From Patescibacteria group bacterium (GTDB taxonomy: Bacteria > Patescibacteriota > Patescibacteriia > 2-12-FULL-60-25), in contig JBBTQP010000067.1 in NCBI GenBank assembly GCA_038065635.1, positions 1 to 53,911 of the forward strand: a stretch of 53,911 bases of DNA, in the 5' to 3' direction. Positions 45,501-52,503 of the stretch are shown here, in pieces; within the stretch, counting starts at the first letter, position 1; every line of letters begins with the position of its first letter. The notes below the pieces were generated by a model. That model did no database searches. It was not told the origin of the DNA and saw nothing but the letters and a program-made list of their open reading frames with translations. Made by a program: the position numbers and the translations under genes.

Positions 45501-47591
45501 TGCGCCCGGTTGAATCTGTTGCTTGTTAAGAAATTCCTGCGGAACTTTCACTGTCACGTTGGTCTGCTTCCAGTACCCGGCCGAACAAGCCGAAGGAAAC
45601 GATGTGTCACCGAGCGCTTCATATCCGCTGGAAATCTGTTTGAAACGAACGGTACCGACGCTGGAGCCGAAATTTTTTCCGGTCAACGTAACGTACTCGC
45701 TTTTAGGACCTTCCGTAGGATCTACGCTTGCGATACTCGGAGGGCCTGCGACCGCTTTGTTCTGTACTAAAAAAGTAACGGGATTGCTGAATATTAAACC
45801 AACCTTCACTTTAATGGACTGTTTCCCATTTCCAACCACCGGAACGTTCGCCACGATCTCCGCATCCATCCAAGAAGAAAACGAGGTTATCGTAGATGGG
45901 CCGAAAACCACTTGAGCCGGCGACGTTCCAAATCCACCCCCGCTAATCTTGAACTGATCACCGACAAAACCGGAAGTCGGAGACAACCCGCAAATCCCCG
46001 GATATGACGAGTCGTCTACGACAAAGTCGGGAATTTGAGGACCGCGATTGTCGTTCGTCTGATCCGAAAGACTACTGGCGCCGTTGGTCAAACCGATTGG
46101 TCCGCTTGCCGCGCCATCAGGAACGGAAACGATAACTTGTGAAGAACTCCACACCGTAAATCCGTTTTGTATGCACGCTTGCGGAGGAGATGCGATCTTG
46201 TCGTCGCCGGCGCCTGGCCCGCCAAAAAAAGTCACGTTGCCGGAGTTGCCGAAATTTGCGCCGGTGATAGTCACGAAAGTTCCGGGCTTTCCGTTTAGAG
46301 GACTAACTGCAGTGATAGTCGGTTGTTCAACGCACACGTTATTCTGACAAACGCTGGAAGCGCACTGGCTGTTAGACGTACAGCTGCCGCCGGAACAAAC
46401 TCCGCAATATCCGGCTGTGTTTGGAGTTCCGCCGCAATCGATATCGGTCTCATCGCCATCTTTCACGCCATTAAAACACGATAGCGGACGAACCACGACG
46501 CTAATCGGAGAGCTGTTTGTTTCATGCGTATCAATATCAAAAGCAATGGCGCGCAATTCACGAACGGATTGCAGAGGAATACCGGCCGTATCCCATTGGA
46601 TTTCCGCATTATAAACAAGAGGAGAGCTTGAGGCGCTTGGTCCGGCTTGGTCGACAAAATTCCCGTTATCCGTAAACGAAACGTACGAAATTCCGCTGTC
46701 ATCCGTAGAATTTGCGCGAAGAGTAACGAGACTGTCGGCAGGGACGGCTTGTCCATCCAGAGGATCGAAAATTGAAACCGTTGGAGGCGTCGTGTCGATC
46801 AAATTTCCGGTATGAAATTTCGCAGTGCACGCTGGTGCGAATCCTCCGCATACGATGGATTGTCCCGTGTTGGAACGCAGACCGGAACCGATTGTTATCG
46901 TAAAATTACCGTCTCCGTCAAAACAAAACAGCTTATCGTTCGGAGTAGGACACGGATCAGCCGGAGTGAACAAAACGACCGCGCCGTTTACCGCAAACGT
47001 TCCGCCGACAGTAGACCCTCCGTCTTTCGTCACGACGATAGCGGAAACCGATTTGTCATCCACGGTTCGAGTGAAAAGCAATTTGACTTGAACGTTTCGA
47101 ATCGGAACCGCGCCTTGCGGAGAAATCGTCTTGACTTGAAAAGATTTCGACCCGCCCGCGCCTCCGAATCCGCCTGCCGCGCCGCTACCGCCTCCTCCGT
47201 CAACTCCTCCGCCGCCTTCTTGTGTCGCTTTCAAAAGACTATCAATCACAAACCGTGCGATCGCCCACGACGACAAAACTATAATTAGTCCGATGATGGC
47301 ATTGCGAATTATTCTTTTTGCGCTATTAACTTTATCCGGATCCCCTCCTGCGGTCATGTATACGAACCCTCCGTACAAAATCAAAACGACTATGATGATA
47401 CCGATCAAACCGAGCGCGACATTGATGATGTTGGTTGCGATTATTCGCGGATCAGTCGCCGAAAGCTTTGCGGTCTGACCAACGGCATTCAAACCCGTAT
47501 CAACTTGAGCCGAAACCGGAGATGCAAAAAACAAAGCTCCAGCTCCGAGGAGCATTGCAAGAAGTGAGAAGATGAGGAGAGCTTTGCGCAT
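36513..47591 (-). CDS. giant (3,692 aa) cysteine-rich surface protein: VirB2/TrbC-like pilin N-terminal module, Ig-like (SbsA/Big_5-type) domains, 4 IPT/TIG domains, two arrays of CGNG...C(D/E)DGN cysteine-rich repeats, and a carboxypeptidase-regulatory-like domain
   Basis: Uninterrupted 11,079-nt ORF under the standard code. Signal peptide MRKALLIFSLLAMLLGAGALFFASPVSA. IPT-like PTITAVSPLNGKPGTFVTITGANFG, plus three similar copies. Repeats such as CGNGDLADGEDCDDGNLTSNDGCSNQC and CGNGVIDAGEDCEDGNKMGGDGCNASC. Confidence 0.85.
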   Translation of the reverse strand: MRKALLIFSLLAMLLGAGALFFASPVSAQVDTGLNAVGQTAKLSATDPRIIATNIINVALGLIGIIIVVLILYGGFVYMTAGGDPDKVNSAKRIIRNAIIGLIIVLSSWAIARFVIDSLLKATQEGGGGVDGGGGSGAAGGFGGAGGSKSFQVKTISPQGAVPIRNVQVKLLFTRTVDDKSVSAIVVTKDGGSTVGGTFAVNGAVVLFTPADPCPTPNDKLFCFDGDGNFTITIGSGLRSNTGQSIVCGGFAPACTAKFHTGNLIDTTPPTVSIFDPLDGQAVPADSLVTLRANSTDDSGISYVSFTDNGNFVDQAGPSASSSPLVYNAEIQWDTAGIPLQSVRELRAIAFDIDTHETNSSPISVVVRPLSCFNGVKDGDETDIDCGGTPNTAGYCGVCSGGSCTSNSQCASSVCQNNVCVEQPTITAVSPLNGKPGTFVTITGANFGNSGNVTFFGGPGAGDDKIASPPQACIQNGFTVWSSSQVIVSVPDGAASGPIGLTNGASSLSDQTNDNRGPQIPDFVVDDSSYPGICGLSPTSGFVGDQFKISGGGFGTSPAQVVFGPSTITSFSSWMDAEIVANVPVVGNGKQSIKVKVGLIFSNPVTFLVQNKAVAGPPSIASVDPTEGPKSEYVTLTGKNFGSSVGTVRFKQISSGYEALGDTSFPSACSAGYWKQTNVTVKVPQEFLNKQQIQPGAYTVRLIRSDNAESNAVSFSITSANAKPGICTVVPSVGPIGTDVSLIGERFGSSVGSVSFYDNKAAISSAWANGEVKTTVPAGAVTGPVTLSAQGTLSNGVNFQVRNCNEESGVCSSSEQCCGNGTCVPKEQSCGVVTQSAMFAWQSSTGLIPVAPRVVEECAPKNIPAPVPSPSPWNSRTGGDNVCVNAAIIARFTAHLDPTTVTKTNFLLKKCTNEACSTTTDVEQSGGSPLLQVAAPDQDLVRILPKADLEIGTTYLIQILTGVKGAGVGGDNMDESDTCGKGIGYCFKFTTRSSNAPCAIGSVSVSPHPYELNEAGGKVPYLASPISKDDACVVLQCEKYDWEWLHGDANGDGRAIFDTPFNVEQGKVSCKQTGIAITETGNVPVNMNAIANPDNVKGIAQLYVKFIPPRVEDYAPRCQLACINALLWARFSQELDPKSIAGNVEVRPCTNENCVLTELGAPLEIPANSITVVTVPKTMETSKRFLSIEPAKPGQQKGQKDLLLQPGKYYRVLLKGGTDSGIKGMNGVLMTGLNDPEGFVWTFRTKLGPDSYCKAESVDVAPIEKYETAIDARQLFVATPFGKADECSAVGQALIQTQDASWATSDKKVADFVGLGSIDTGAQLPPQCSAICLAMGSQAQYGKVAVCGNGIIETTDAVYCKISNNVGVTPYGDACSVLPSGATSGEQCDPGVPSNVGQCDPNTCLWKPVSQIPSGTCGNGDEDGKKLDFGEACDFGSQCQGAPAESNTPDGSFCTKPSDKAACEKNGGTCEPRQYRGCSSFCRHTGSLSAKSTCGNGDLADGEDCDDGNLTSNDGCSNQCLHTGSSPSVASVCGNALLEPGETCEKQSVSDPTFPAGCNGKTCLHIGNSNTCGNGVIDAGEDCEDGNKMGGDGCNASCFLEGSSVKYLTPSFCSDGIVGIGEQCDAGLPSSDKSLQNTPKNSAPVPPVGTAKGNGLVDNVQLAYIVGDADPDENGIMSSKISSLVEGKTGEATYGLQCAFTDEKTCKPNAQGKAMGLTDKGCCSLRPGIATSYPSGTGVCRNVEISTTFNAPMIGDSVSANVQIAKEDVSGTGKCPDGTTIVTDNFRPLHDGIVGWFERVWHRIVAWWTGDPAIAAVWCKGSVTGSWVPASAIGTASYKFKLDSALEPDTKYRVKFFGDNSTTTDPFSDNADLSKKHGIKTAKGVVAEYDASAESGPLTFSFTTGKKICIVNFIQVTDTSVDTKTEKAHPLLFVRQSDIHPFQAQAIALNNNTAVPIVSVKEYAWDWLPWSTSEKTIVTVLNPQPKQTTASIQPENKNGNAFVMAWLKITSDTVSNPPTTESSIHGSAPVTVSLCENPWPNLEGPGPIAPFRDKKPTGNGQDSSLKGTIFETSPYFYNFSTMYCRDAGEAGIEDDLPKLTINPVPFTATDQKEGILRQYLFTYGDENKALKKDGIGIRVASNPLHYSPEDWYKWRGFGGKPKSKMIDGYRALQDGNTTYVAAANTDGQGTSIYSNIYLISRNPDASPVTVGIYDQMVQTLAFNINLKDGVGNACEKGNNPNFEPAEPHFDDKGNTVTCSSDFDCLKLGTDFHCGSYKLKLSRDTERVADFQSMSRVIEAAKSKDETYPKLLAGTFLFSYTNSRWPSWDAEFSKSVGGKQPTDPVNEFVTCGKCSKFGTPCGGNQDCSSDESCTGVTVKGNDFITTTSTEPLTCWNVDERKFVCPRIGISPSRVYQYHSLNGGQRYELSSEFEVPPPTTKNAAWWSPTLMTEIKRCANSETLGFLCEEDKDCRPCPDPKNIVSCPENKYPVTAGSCRFVGGRFIYRDVCTNQPIGQSGTCGDGKIGQACSGGSNDKNPCVTDKDCPGSPPGSCTANEVCEIGQTKLTDCDTKDPNNKNPINPDGLKLQICNECKEFLDDVNLSQCNASVACGNGRIDKVCSGGVRNALGCLVDSECKGDGGNIADGKCVSSGELCDDGILNGSYGHCNIKCNGYAAYCGDSQISPGEICDNGPANLQGTGNGDYCDTNAACTITNSCSLDCKGIAPYCGDTVVTAPEKCDGQTQTTTKGICKAGSAQDEPCAVDADCGVNGKCAKAEEKDPLASCENTKIKRCAGTLKQCVTPTFETEKHDPTIFKTCKENVDCEKESGGKTACRSVQDFVSKCSSDVQCSLPTIPGICQEYPTAHIRTCNTSGSSQCSYTSWSGCEVLNFCGDGIIDKPSEECDDGSGNGDTKACTSSCKKNVCGDGKPLMGVEDCDAGTQNGKVTCSADYNSTCASCSTQCKFLTTAGGYCGDAKKNGPEQCDGNVELSEDKQKKDLTVQLCGIATGLSPEACSILNAQCVKTPCITTTENNITCKSLGYDFSLNTINPAIYPLDTELNQTVTCGDVKLKKYENIMLKQCMGTTCGKGYFTYPKPPPSSNDFWTCVREKGPALGVGIKGIDTPAIVSCNSSCSFGGCGKCSDDVGTGVIKGQLLDAVYNQVVPLAKVSLFYKGVLVKQTSSDDNGNFQIDGLNNRSECAQYKLIVDKYDDNPCTGNQPNRPSCGYPKAPGWQYAYTIDEGIRGGYWPLTTPTFGVDNYLDVVSQKKDGKIYLFPRPGKGEAYFTVLWEKPWTTMTNGISGGFNNHLVIPEAYAYTATSKVENIKSCNYANRPASTQQCARDITWSSATRGNLDVSQLPYAYLLCLHNAGEKVGGYSGSYGATWNSCPVEGNAKCLASGKSQIECGFGNTCESGKNSGKECLNDGECTEQFCQDYGYCYKTNKQCISDAECTEKNDSCVNNNSIPNCSDKSPSNPGKDCMKNGKYDNEFCGAPAIKCIQSCGKEWWDNCDFYKEGPLTTYFRYSAFGYAQEPLRMFWDYQVGKSVAPINNDKTNVLKSHLIDKGYTAVISTDKQILEVNAKDLKGGNCGGDCKFWHIADLYSGDGSVIVRNALKWGRFLSENTEGVAVYEHGFDGFWRTGKYCAIPGSGNEATLYKTCSTDADCNAMKDYGYKCVAYKQKGKQWKAWSQANY
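47217..47591 (-). other. pilin-like N-terminal module of the giant protein (aa 1-125)
   Basis: IIATNIINVALGLIGIIIVVLILYGGFVYMTAGGDPDKVNSAKRIIRNAIIGLIIVLSSWAIARFVIDSLL: two hydrophobic helices around MTAGGxPxK, followed by a Gly-rich linker. Confidence 0.7.
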
Positions 47592-47634
47592 GTGACTTTA
47601 TAGACTTTATGGACTTGCGACTTTATGGACTTTG
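47592..47634. repeat. gactttatggac word repeat, one-armed copy
   Basis: gtgactttatagactttatggacttgcgactttatggactttg abuts the giant gene's ATG. Related to the right arm at 30255-30289. Confidence 0.8.
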
Positions 47635-47640
47635 CAGTTT

Positions 47641-49470
47641 TTACGGCTTGAACGAGCAATCCTGTCCCTTCGGGGAGTTATTGCAACAATTCGGCGCGCC
47701 TTTGCACACGGCAGACGTTGCCGGATTGAAACAATTCTGAAACGCGTCTTGAATGTCGGAGAGCAGGAACGGATTGTAATAATTGAGCTCCTCCTTCGGT
47801 TTCAATCCTGATGGTTGATACGGCCTATGTTTTATTATGACAGCCGCGCGATCCGCCACTTCGTTCGGCTTGATTGGCGTGTTATTCGCGGTCATAAGTT
47901 CCATGCCAACGCTGTACCAAAACGTATCCGGATTTGTTTCTGCCGGCCCAAGCGGTTCGATGCGAGCCGCCTCACTGGTCAAAGTCGACGATTGCAAAAG
48001 CGTGTCGAAGATCGCGGATACCGGTTCGTCCAAAGGTCGGTTCGACTGCCCCTGGCCTGGAGAAGCATCCGGTACGGTTTCAAGTATTTTCGGCGGTGTA
48101 AGTTTTACAACATTCGACGTTCCGAACGTCCAGACGTAACCATCTTGAGGCGATCCTTCGGAAATTTTATTCGCGTTCCCATCCAACGAATTGCCTACGA
48201 CATCAGTAATTCCGTCAAAACCCTGCGACGTAAATTGCGCCATTGGCGGCTGAGAAGAAAGAGTGGCGGCCTTGACCGCAACTTCAAGAGTCGCATCCGG
48301 CGGCAGGCAAAACACGTCCTTTCCGCACGAATTCACGCCGCACTTGTCAGTTGTGAGAAATTCTACGGTCTTATACTTGTTTGAAATTTTATACTCTCCA
48401 TCAAGCGGAGTTCCCAACCCACCGTTCGGACGGATGGACATATTGGTGAACCCCGAACCGTTTTGAAACAAACCTGTTGCGCCGGTCGGATCGACCGCCT
48501 CATTAAAAGTAACTTGAATTACGATGTTTCGAGGATACTTCCCTCCCGCATATGGTATTGCCGCCAAAACCTGCGGCGGTGTCGTATCCGTAAACGTTGA
48601 AACTTCAAACATCCACTCATATCCTTGCCCGTATGCCCCGCCGAACGCAGGACCTCCGTTTTGAAGCAAAATACCGGAATTTCCTCCTCTTAACTTCACG
48701 CTGTATTTCACGTTATTCGTCGGCGATCCTAGCAAATCCACAGGACGGATAACGAAAATTTTGCGATCCTGCGTGAACGAAACGCGCGCAGCCGATGAAG
48801 CGAGCGCCGTCTTTGGATCGTCCGATCGATAAAGTTGGATATTCGCGCTATTCAATCCGGTGACGGTTCCGCTCGTGGATTCGGTCCATCCTTCAATAAA
48901 GGAGGCGGGCTGAATCGCTTCCTTAAATGTGATGATTACCGGCGTGTTTCGAGGAACGTCCGTGGCATTACGTTCCGGAAGGTGATATTCGATAATCCCC
49001 GCGCCTAGCGACCCGGAAGAGCCGACAAGACCGATGCCGCCGGCACCGCTACCAAAAACTCCGCCACCGCCAGTCGCGTCTACGAGAGCGTTCAAAATAA
49101 ATGCGGTAATTGCCCAAGCCGATGCGATGATAACCAAACCGATGACCGCGTTTCGAATCGTCTTCTTCGCAGATTCAACTTTTTCAGGCGCGCCTCCGGC
49201 AGTCATCCATGTATAACCGGCATACAGCAACAACACTAAAAAAATGACTCCAAGAAACCCAAGAAAAATATTAATGATCCGTCCAATTATTTGGACGAGA
49301 TCCCCACCGCCAGCGACTCCGGCGGCGGCAGTGGTCTTTTGTACCGCATTAACCGCACCTGTCAGCTGCGCGCCTACGACAGTCGGAAAAGTAAAAATCG
49401 CCGCCAGCGTTAGCGCTTCGGACAAGATATTTCGAAGGGATCTTTTTTTCGTGCGCGTCTCTTTCTGCAT
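47641..49470 (-). CDS. pilin-headed surface protein (609 aa): VirB2/TrbC-like pilin module plus three Ig-like (SbsA/Big_5-type) domains and a Cys-rich C-terminus
   Basis: QIIGRIINIFLGFLGVIFLVLLLYAGYTWMTAGGAPEKVESAKKTIRNAVIGLVIIASAWAITAFILNALV. Ig-type starts LPERNATDVPRNTPVIITF, PPQVLAAIPYAGGKYPRNIVIQVTF and PPKILETVPDASPG. Tail CFNPATSAVCKGAPNCCNNSPKGQDC. Confidence 0.8.
   Translation of the reverse strand: MQKETRTKKRSLRNILSEALTLAAIFTFPTVVGAQLTGAVNAVQKTTAAAGVAGGGDLVQIIGRIINIFLGFLGVIFLVLLLYAGYTWMTAGGAPEKVESAKKTIRNAVIGLVIIASAWAITAFILNALVDATGGGGVFGSGAGGIGLVGSSGSLGAGIIEYHLPERNATDVPRNTPVIITFKEAIQPASFIEGWTESTSGTVTGLNSANIQLYRSDDPKTALASSAARVSFTQDRKIFVIRPVDLLGSPTNNVKYSVKLRGGNSGILLQNGGPAFGGAYGQGYEWMFEVSTFTDTTPPQVLAAIPYAGGKYPRNIVIQVTFNEAVDPTGATGLFQNGSGFTNMSIRPNGGLGTPLDGEYKISNKYKTVEFLTTDKCGVNSCGKDVFCLPPDATLEVAVKAATLSSQPPMAQFTSQGFDGITDVVGNSLDGNANKISEGSPQDGYVWTFGTSNVVKLTPPKILETVPDASPGQGQSNRPLDEPVSAIFDTLLQSSTLTSEAARIEPLGPAETNPDTFWYSVGMELMTANNTPIKPNEVADRAAVIIKHRPYQPSGLKPKEELNYYNPFLLSDIQDAFQNCFNPATSAVCKGAPNCCNNSPKGQDCSFKP
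49072..49470 (-). other. pilin-like N-terminal module of the 609-aa protein (aa 1-133)
   Basis: Aligns residue for residue with aa 50-125 of the giant protein (LYxG(F/Y)xxMTAGGxPxKVxSAKxxIRNAxIGLxI). Confidence 0.7.
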
Positions 49471-49503
49471 GGGAAGAAAAGCGGCCTAATTTAACCTTTG
49501 ATT

Positions 49504-49532
49504 ATTTTACTCTCCCAGCAGTCTTTGGACAA
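49504..49532 (-). promoter_or_regulatory. possible promoter TTGTCC-17 nt-TAAAAT for the pilin/giant operon, inside the yqeY 3' end
   Basis: Minus strand reads ttgtcc aaagactgctgggagag taaaat; the -10 lies about 33 nt upstream of the 49470 ATG. Confidence 0.3.
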
Positions 49533-49950
49533 TGGCCCGCACAGTGTTTCCATCCACACGTCCCCCAAGCTCCTTCATCACGCGTCCCATTACTTTGCCG
49601 ATGTCTGCTGACGTGGCCTTATCTTCCTCGATAACACGCTTCGCGACAGCTTCGACTTCCTCATCCGACAGTGCCGCTGGAAGATACTTCGAAAGGACGC
49701 CGATCTCTAATCGTTGTCTGCTGGCAAGATCGTCACGTCCGGCTTTTGTAAAATCCGAAAGCGCGTCGCGATATTGCTTGACCATGCTCCGAATCACCGC
49801 TTCCGACTCTTCATCGGACAATGCGTGCTGCAATTCAATCTGTTTGTTCTTGAGAGAAGATCGCACAAGACGAAGCGCGGACAACGTGAGCTCGTCCTTC
49901 GCTTTCATCGCCTGTACCAAATCTTGCTCAATGCGTTCGTAAAGGAGCAT
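49507..49950 (-). CDS. GatB/YqeY domain protein
   Basis: MLLYERIEQDLVQAMKAKDELTLSALRLVRSSLKNKQIE is a typical YqeY N-terminus, 147 aa. Confidence 0.85.
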   Translation of the reverse strand: MLLYERIEQDLVQAMKAKDELTLSALRLVRSSLKNKQIELQHALSDEESEAVIRSMVKQYRDALSDFTKAGRDDLASRQRLEIGVLSKYLPAALSDEEVEAVAKRVIEEDKATSADIGKVMGRVMKELGGRVDGNTVRAIVQRLLGE

Positions 49951-49983
49951 AAGATAGGAACCGAACGTTAATATTTATATTCT

Positions 49984-50104
49984 AGTACTTACGCGTTTGA
50001 GTGAAGTTCTAGGCGGCGGCGAGGAGCGGAGTAAGCCGTACAATGGAGTACGGTGTCGAGCACCGCAGTCGCCAACGACGAAATTCGCCAAACGCGTAAG
50101 TACT
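49984..50104. repeat. 121-nt extended palindrome: perfect 16-bp outer stem and a GC-rich, partly self-pairing interior
   Basis: agtacttacgcgtttg (49984-49999) is the exact reverse complement of 50089-50104. Inner pairings gaagttc/gaaattc, ggcggc/gtcgcc and ccgtac/gtacgg. Overlaps the rpsU stop. Confidence 0.85.
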
Positions 50105-50351
50105 ATCTTCGTTTCGCGTGAGGACGTCGAACATCCGGTTTGATCTTTCCGATGCGAACTTCGTATTCGAACTTTGATTTCATTTCTTCGCGACGCAAAG
50201 CTCCGGCGCGCCGTTTGGTGAGCTTCAGTGGTTTTTCGTGAAAACGAATCTTTTTCGCCTGAATGACTTTTCCGCTGGATTGAATCCGTCTCTGGAACCG
50301 TCGAAACAGTGAATCGAAGGTTTCGCCTTTTTTCCGTTTAACTTCTGCCAT
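50103..50351 (-). CDS. rpsU: 30S ribosomal protein S21
   Basis: MAEVKRKKGETFDSLFRRFQRRIQSSGKVIQAKKIRFHEKP. Preceded by AAGGAG 9 nt upstream of the ATG at 50349-50351. Confidence 0.9.
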   Translation of the reverse strand: MAEVKRKKGETFDSLFRRFQRRIQSSGKVIQAKKIRFHEKPLKLTKRRAGALRREEMKSKFEYEVRIGKIKPDVRRPHAKRR

Positions 50352-50373
50352 AAGCCACACTCCTTTCTTTGGT

Positions 50374-50407
50374 GTCATCCCCCAGAAAGCTTTCGGGGGG
50401 ATCCAGG
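50374..50407. repeat. family B-like repeat, solo arm
   Basis: gtcatcccccagaaagctttcggggggatccagg. Confidence 0.7.
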
Positions 50408-50463
50408 ATAATTAAGATATCCGCGATCGACGTTCGGATGTTACGAGACAACCGACACTTCTG

Positions 50464-51816
50464 TCAATGCTGTATCTCGGTTTTAACTTCCGCGCTTCCT
50501 AGTTTTTTCTTCAATTCATGCACCACTTTGCGAACGTCGACGATTTCCTGCGTACCTGATTCCATGTCGCGCACAATGGCGGTTCCATCCAATACCTCTT
50601 TTTGGCCGATGACTACGGCCCATTTGGCTCCGCGTTTGTTGGCCAACTCCATTTGAGCTTTGATCGAATCCTTTGAAAATGCCTCAGCCGCGCGTATTCC
50701 GGAGCGGCGCAACTCTTCAAACACCGCGAGTGCCTTCTTTCTGCCCTGCTCGCCGAGCTGTGCCACGAAAACGTCAATATGTGTAACCGGAACATTTATC
50801 TTGAGGTCACGCAAAATTGACGCTATTCGGTCGAGACCGAAAGCGAATCCAGCAGCCGGAGTCGGACGGCCGCCCAAAATCTCCGCAAGTCCGTCATATC
50901 GTCCGCCACCGCCAAGTGCGGATTGCGCAGTTTCCGTATCTTCGGTGTTTGCGTAAATTTCAAACACCGTTTTCGTATAATAATCAAGTCCGCGCACGAG
51001 ATACGGATCCAGCTGATACGGAACCGCGACCTCATCCAGATATTCCAACACGCGCATGAAGTGCGCTTTCGATTCCTCGTCCAGCCAATCGACGATCTGC
51101 GGCGCCTCGGATTTCATCTCAACGACCGCAGGATCTTTGGAGTCAAGAAGGCGCAAAGGATTTTTCAACAATCTCTTTTTATCGTCCTCTGGAAGCCTTG
51201 CGCGCTTACTTCGAAAATATGAGACAAGCGCGTTCTTGTAATTTACGCGCGATTCTGGAGTGCCTATGGAATTAATCCGAATGGTCGCATCCACCCCCAT
51301 GTCTTTCAACATTGCATACGCCATCAAAGCAAGCTGCGCATCCGTTACCGCGTCGTCATCGCCTATCACTTCACAGCCGAACTGGTAAAACTGGCGATAT
51401 CGCCCGTGCTGCGGCCTGTCGTGACGAAACATCGGCCCCATGTACCAAAGCTTCACGGGCTGAGGAAGATTTAGCATTCCGTTCGAAATGTACGAACGCA
51501 TGATCGAAGCCGTGCTCTCGGGACGGAGCGTAACCTTTTCGCCGCCGACTGTTTCAAACGAGTACATTTCTTTTTCCACGATATCCGTCTGCTTCCCTAC
51601 GCCGCGAACGAAAAGCGCCGTCTCCTCCAAAATCGGAGTGTCTATTCTCTCAAATCCGTAAGAATTCGCCATGGAACTGCAAGTGGAGCGCATCAAGTCC
51701 CATGCCGGTTGTTCCGACGGAAGGATATCGCGCATACCTCGCGGCAACGCCAATGGTTGTGGCGCTTTTTTCACGGGTGTCACCTCTTTCTTCGAAACTG
51801 GTTTTTTTGACATCAT
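50464..51816 (-). CDS. hisS: histidine--tRNA ligase
   Basis: LPRGMRDILP, TLRPESTAS, MFRHDRPQHGRYRQFYQ, GGGRYDGL, and a C-terminal anticodon-binding domain. Confidence 0.95.
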   Translation of the reverse strand: MMSKKPVSKKEVTPVKKAPQPLALPRGMRDILPSEQPAWDLMRSTCSSMANSYGFERIDTPILEETALFVRGVGKQTDIVEKEMYSFETVGGEKVTLRPESTASIMRSYISNGMLNLPQPVKLWYMGPMFRHDRPQHGRYRQFYQFGCEVIGDDDAVTDAQLALMAYAMLKDMGVDATIRINSIGTPESRVNYKNALVSYFRSKRARLPEDDKKRLLKNPLRLLDSKDPAVVEMKSEAPQIVDWLDEESKAHFMRVLEYLDEVAVPYQLDPYLVRGLDYYTKTVFEIYANTEDTETAQSALGGGGRYDGLAEILGGRPTPAAGFAFGLDRIASILRDLKINVPVTHIDVFVAQLGEQGRKKALAVFEELRRSGIRAAEAFSKDSIKAQMELANKRGAKWAVVIGQKEVLDGTAIVRDMESGTQEIVDVRKVVHELKKKLGSAEVKTEIQH

Positions 51817-51830
51817 ATGTGGAATACAAC

Positions 51831-52430
51831 TTATTGAATCGAATAAACCGGCTTTTCAAATACCTTCCAACGATCGAGCGGCCAACCGCGAAGCCATACG
51901 CGACCGACGATTGCGTCTTTTGTGACGGGACCGAAATATCTGGAATCAAGACTGGCGGTACGATTATCGCCCAGTACGAAATATTCGTTCGACTTTAGCG
52001 TTACGTCACGAGTTGTCGCTGTGACGAGCTGTTCGAGATACTCCTGCTCCGGCAAAGTAAAACCGTTCGGGTCGCTGTCGTTAAAAACCTTCACATTTCC
52101 GTTCGCGATCTCAACCGTTTCACCAGGAAGTCCAATAACGCGCTTGATAAAAAACTGACTCGGATCGTTCGGATAACGGAACACTACTATGTCTCCGCGT
52201 TCAGGCGTTCGAAAGCGATACGAAACTTCGTCGATTATCAAATACTCATGGTCAAAAAAATTCGGCTCCATGGAAGCCCCTTTCACGTAAAACGGCTGGA
52301 TCAGAAAATATCTGACGGGAATGATAATCGCGAGCGAAATAGCGGCGACCTGTATCAATTCAAAAACAAAATGGATCGCCTGTTTTTTACGGCTTACCTC
52401 GATATTGGGATCCTGTTTCCAAAATTTCAT
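51831..52430 (-). CDS. lepB: signal peptidase I
   Basis: GASMEPNF (Ser), RGDIVVF, IKRVIGLPGETV (Lys), VLGDNRTASLDSR. Confidence 0.9.
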   Translation of the reverse strand: MKFWKQDPNIEVSRKKQAIHFVFELIQVAAISLAIIIPVRYFLIQPFYVKGASMEPNFFDHEYLIIDEVSYRFRTPERGDIVVFRYPNDPSQFFIKRVIGLPGETVEIANGNVKVFNDSDPNGFTLPEQEYLEQLVTATTRDVTLKSNEYFVLGDNRTASLDSRYFGPVTKDAIVGRVWLRGWPLDRWKVFEKPVYSIQ

Positions 52431-52503
52431 AAATAATCAGTATCCAGCAGTTTATCCCATGTTATGGTTCTTGTCGATCGGTCGCTCGTTGTTGTCGCTC
52501 GTT

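Noticed and set aside
36533-47478. Dozens of 60-230 aa plus-strand ORFs inside the giant gene, for example 43016-43711 and 42088-42612.
   Set aside because: They are antisense to an uninterrupted 11-kb ORF with clear domain content. Their products are low-complexity with no start signals.
36513-47591. Alternative genetic code (UGA recoding, as in some CPR lineages).
   Set aside because: The 11-kb ORF and all housekeeping genes are intact under the standard code, and several genes end in TGA at sensible positions.
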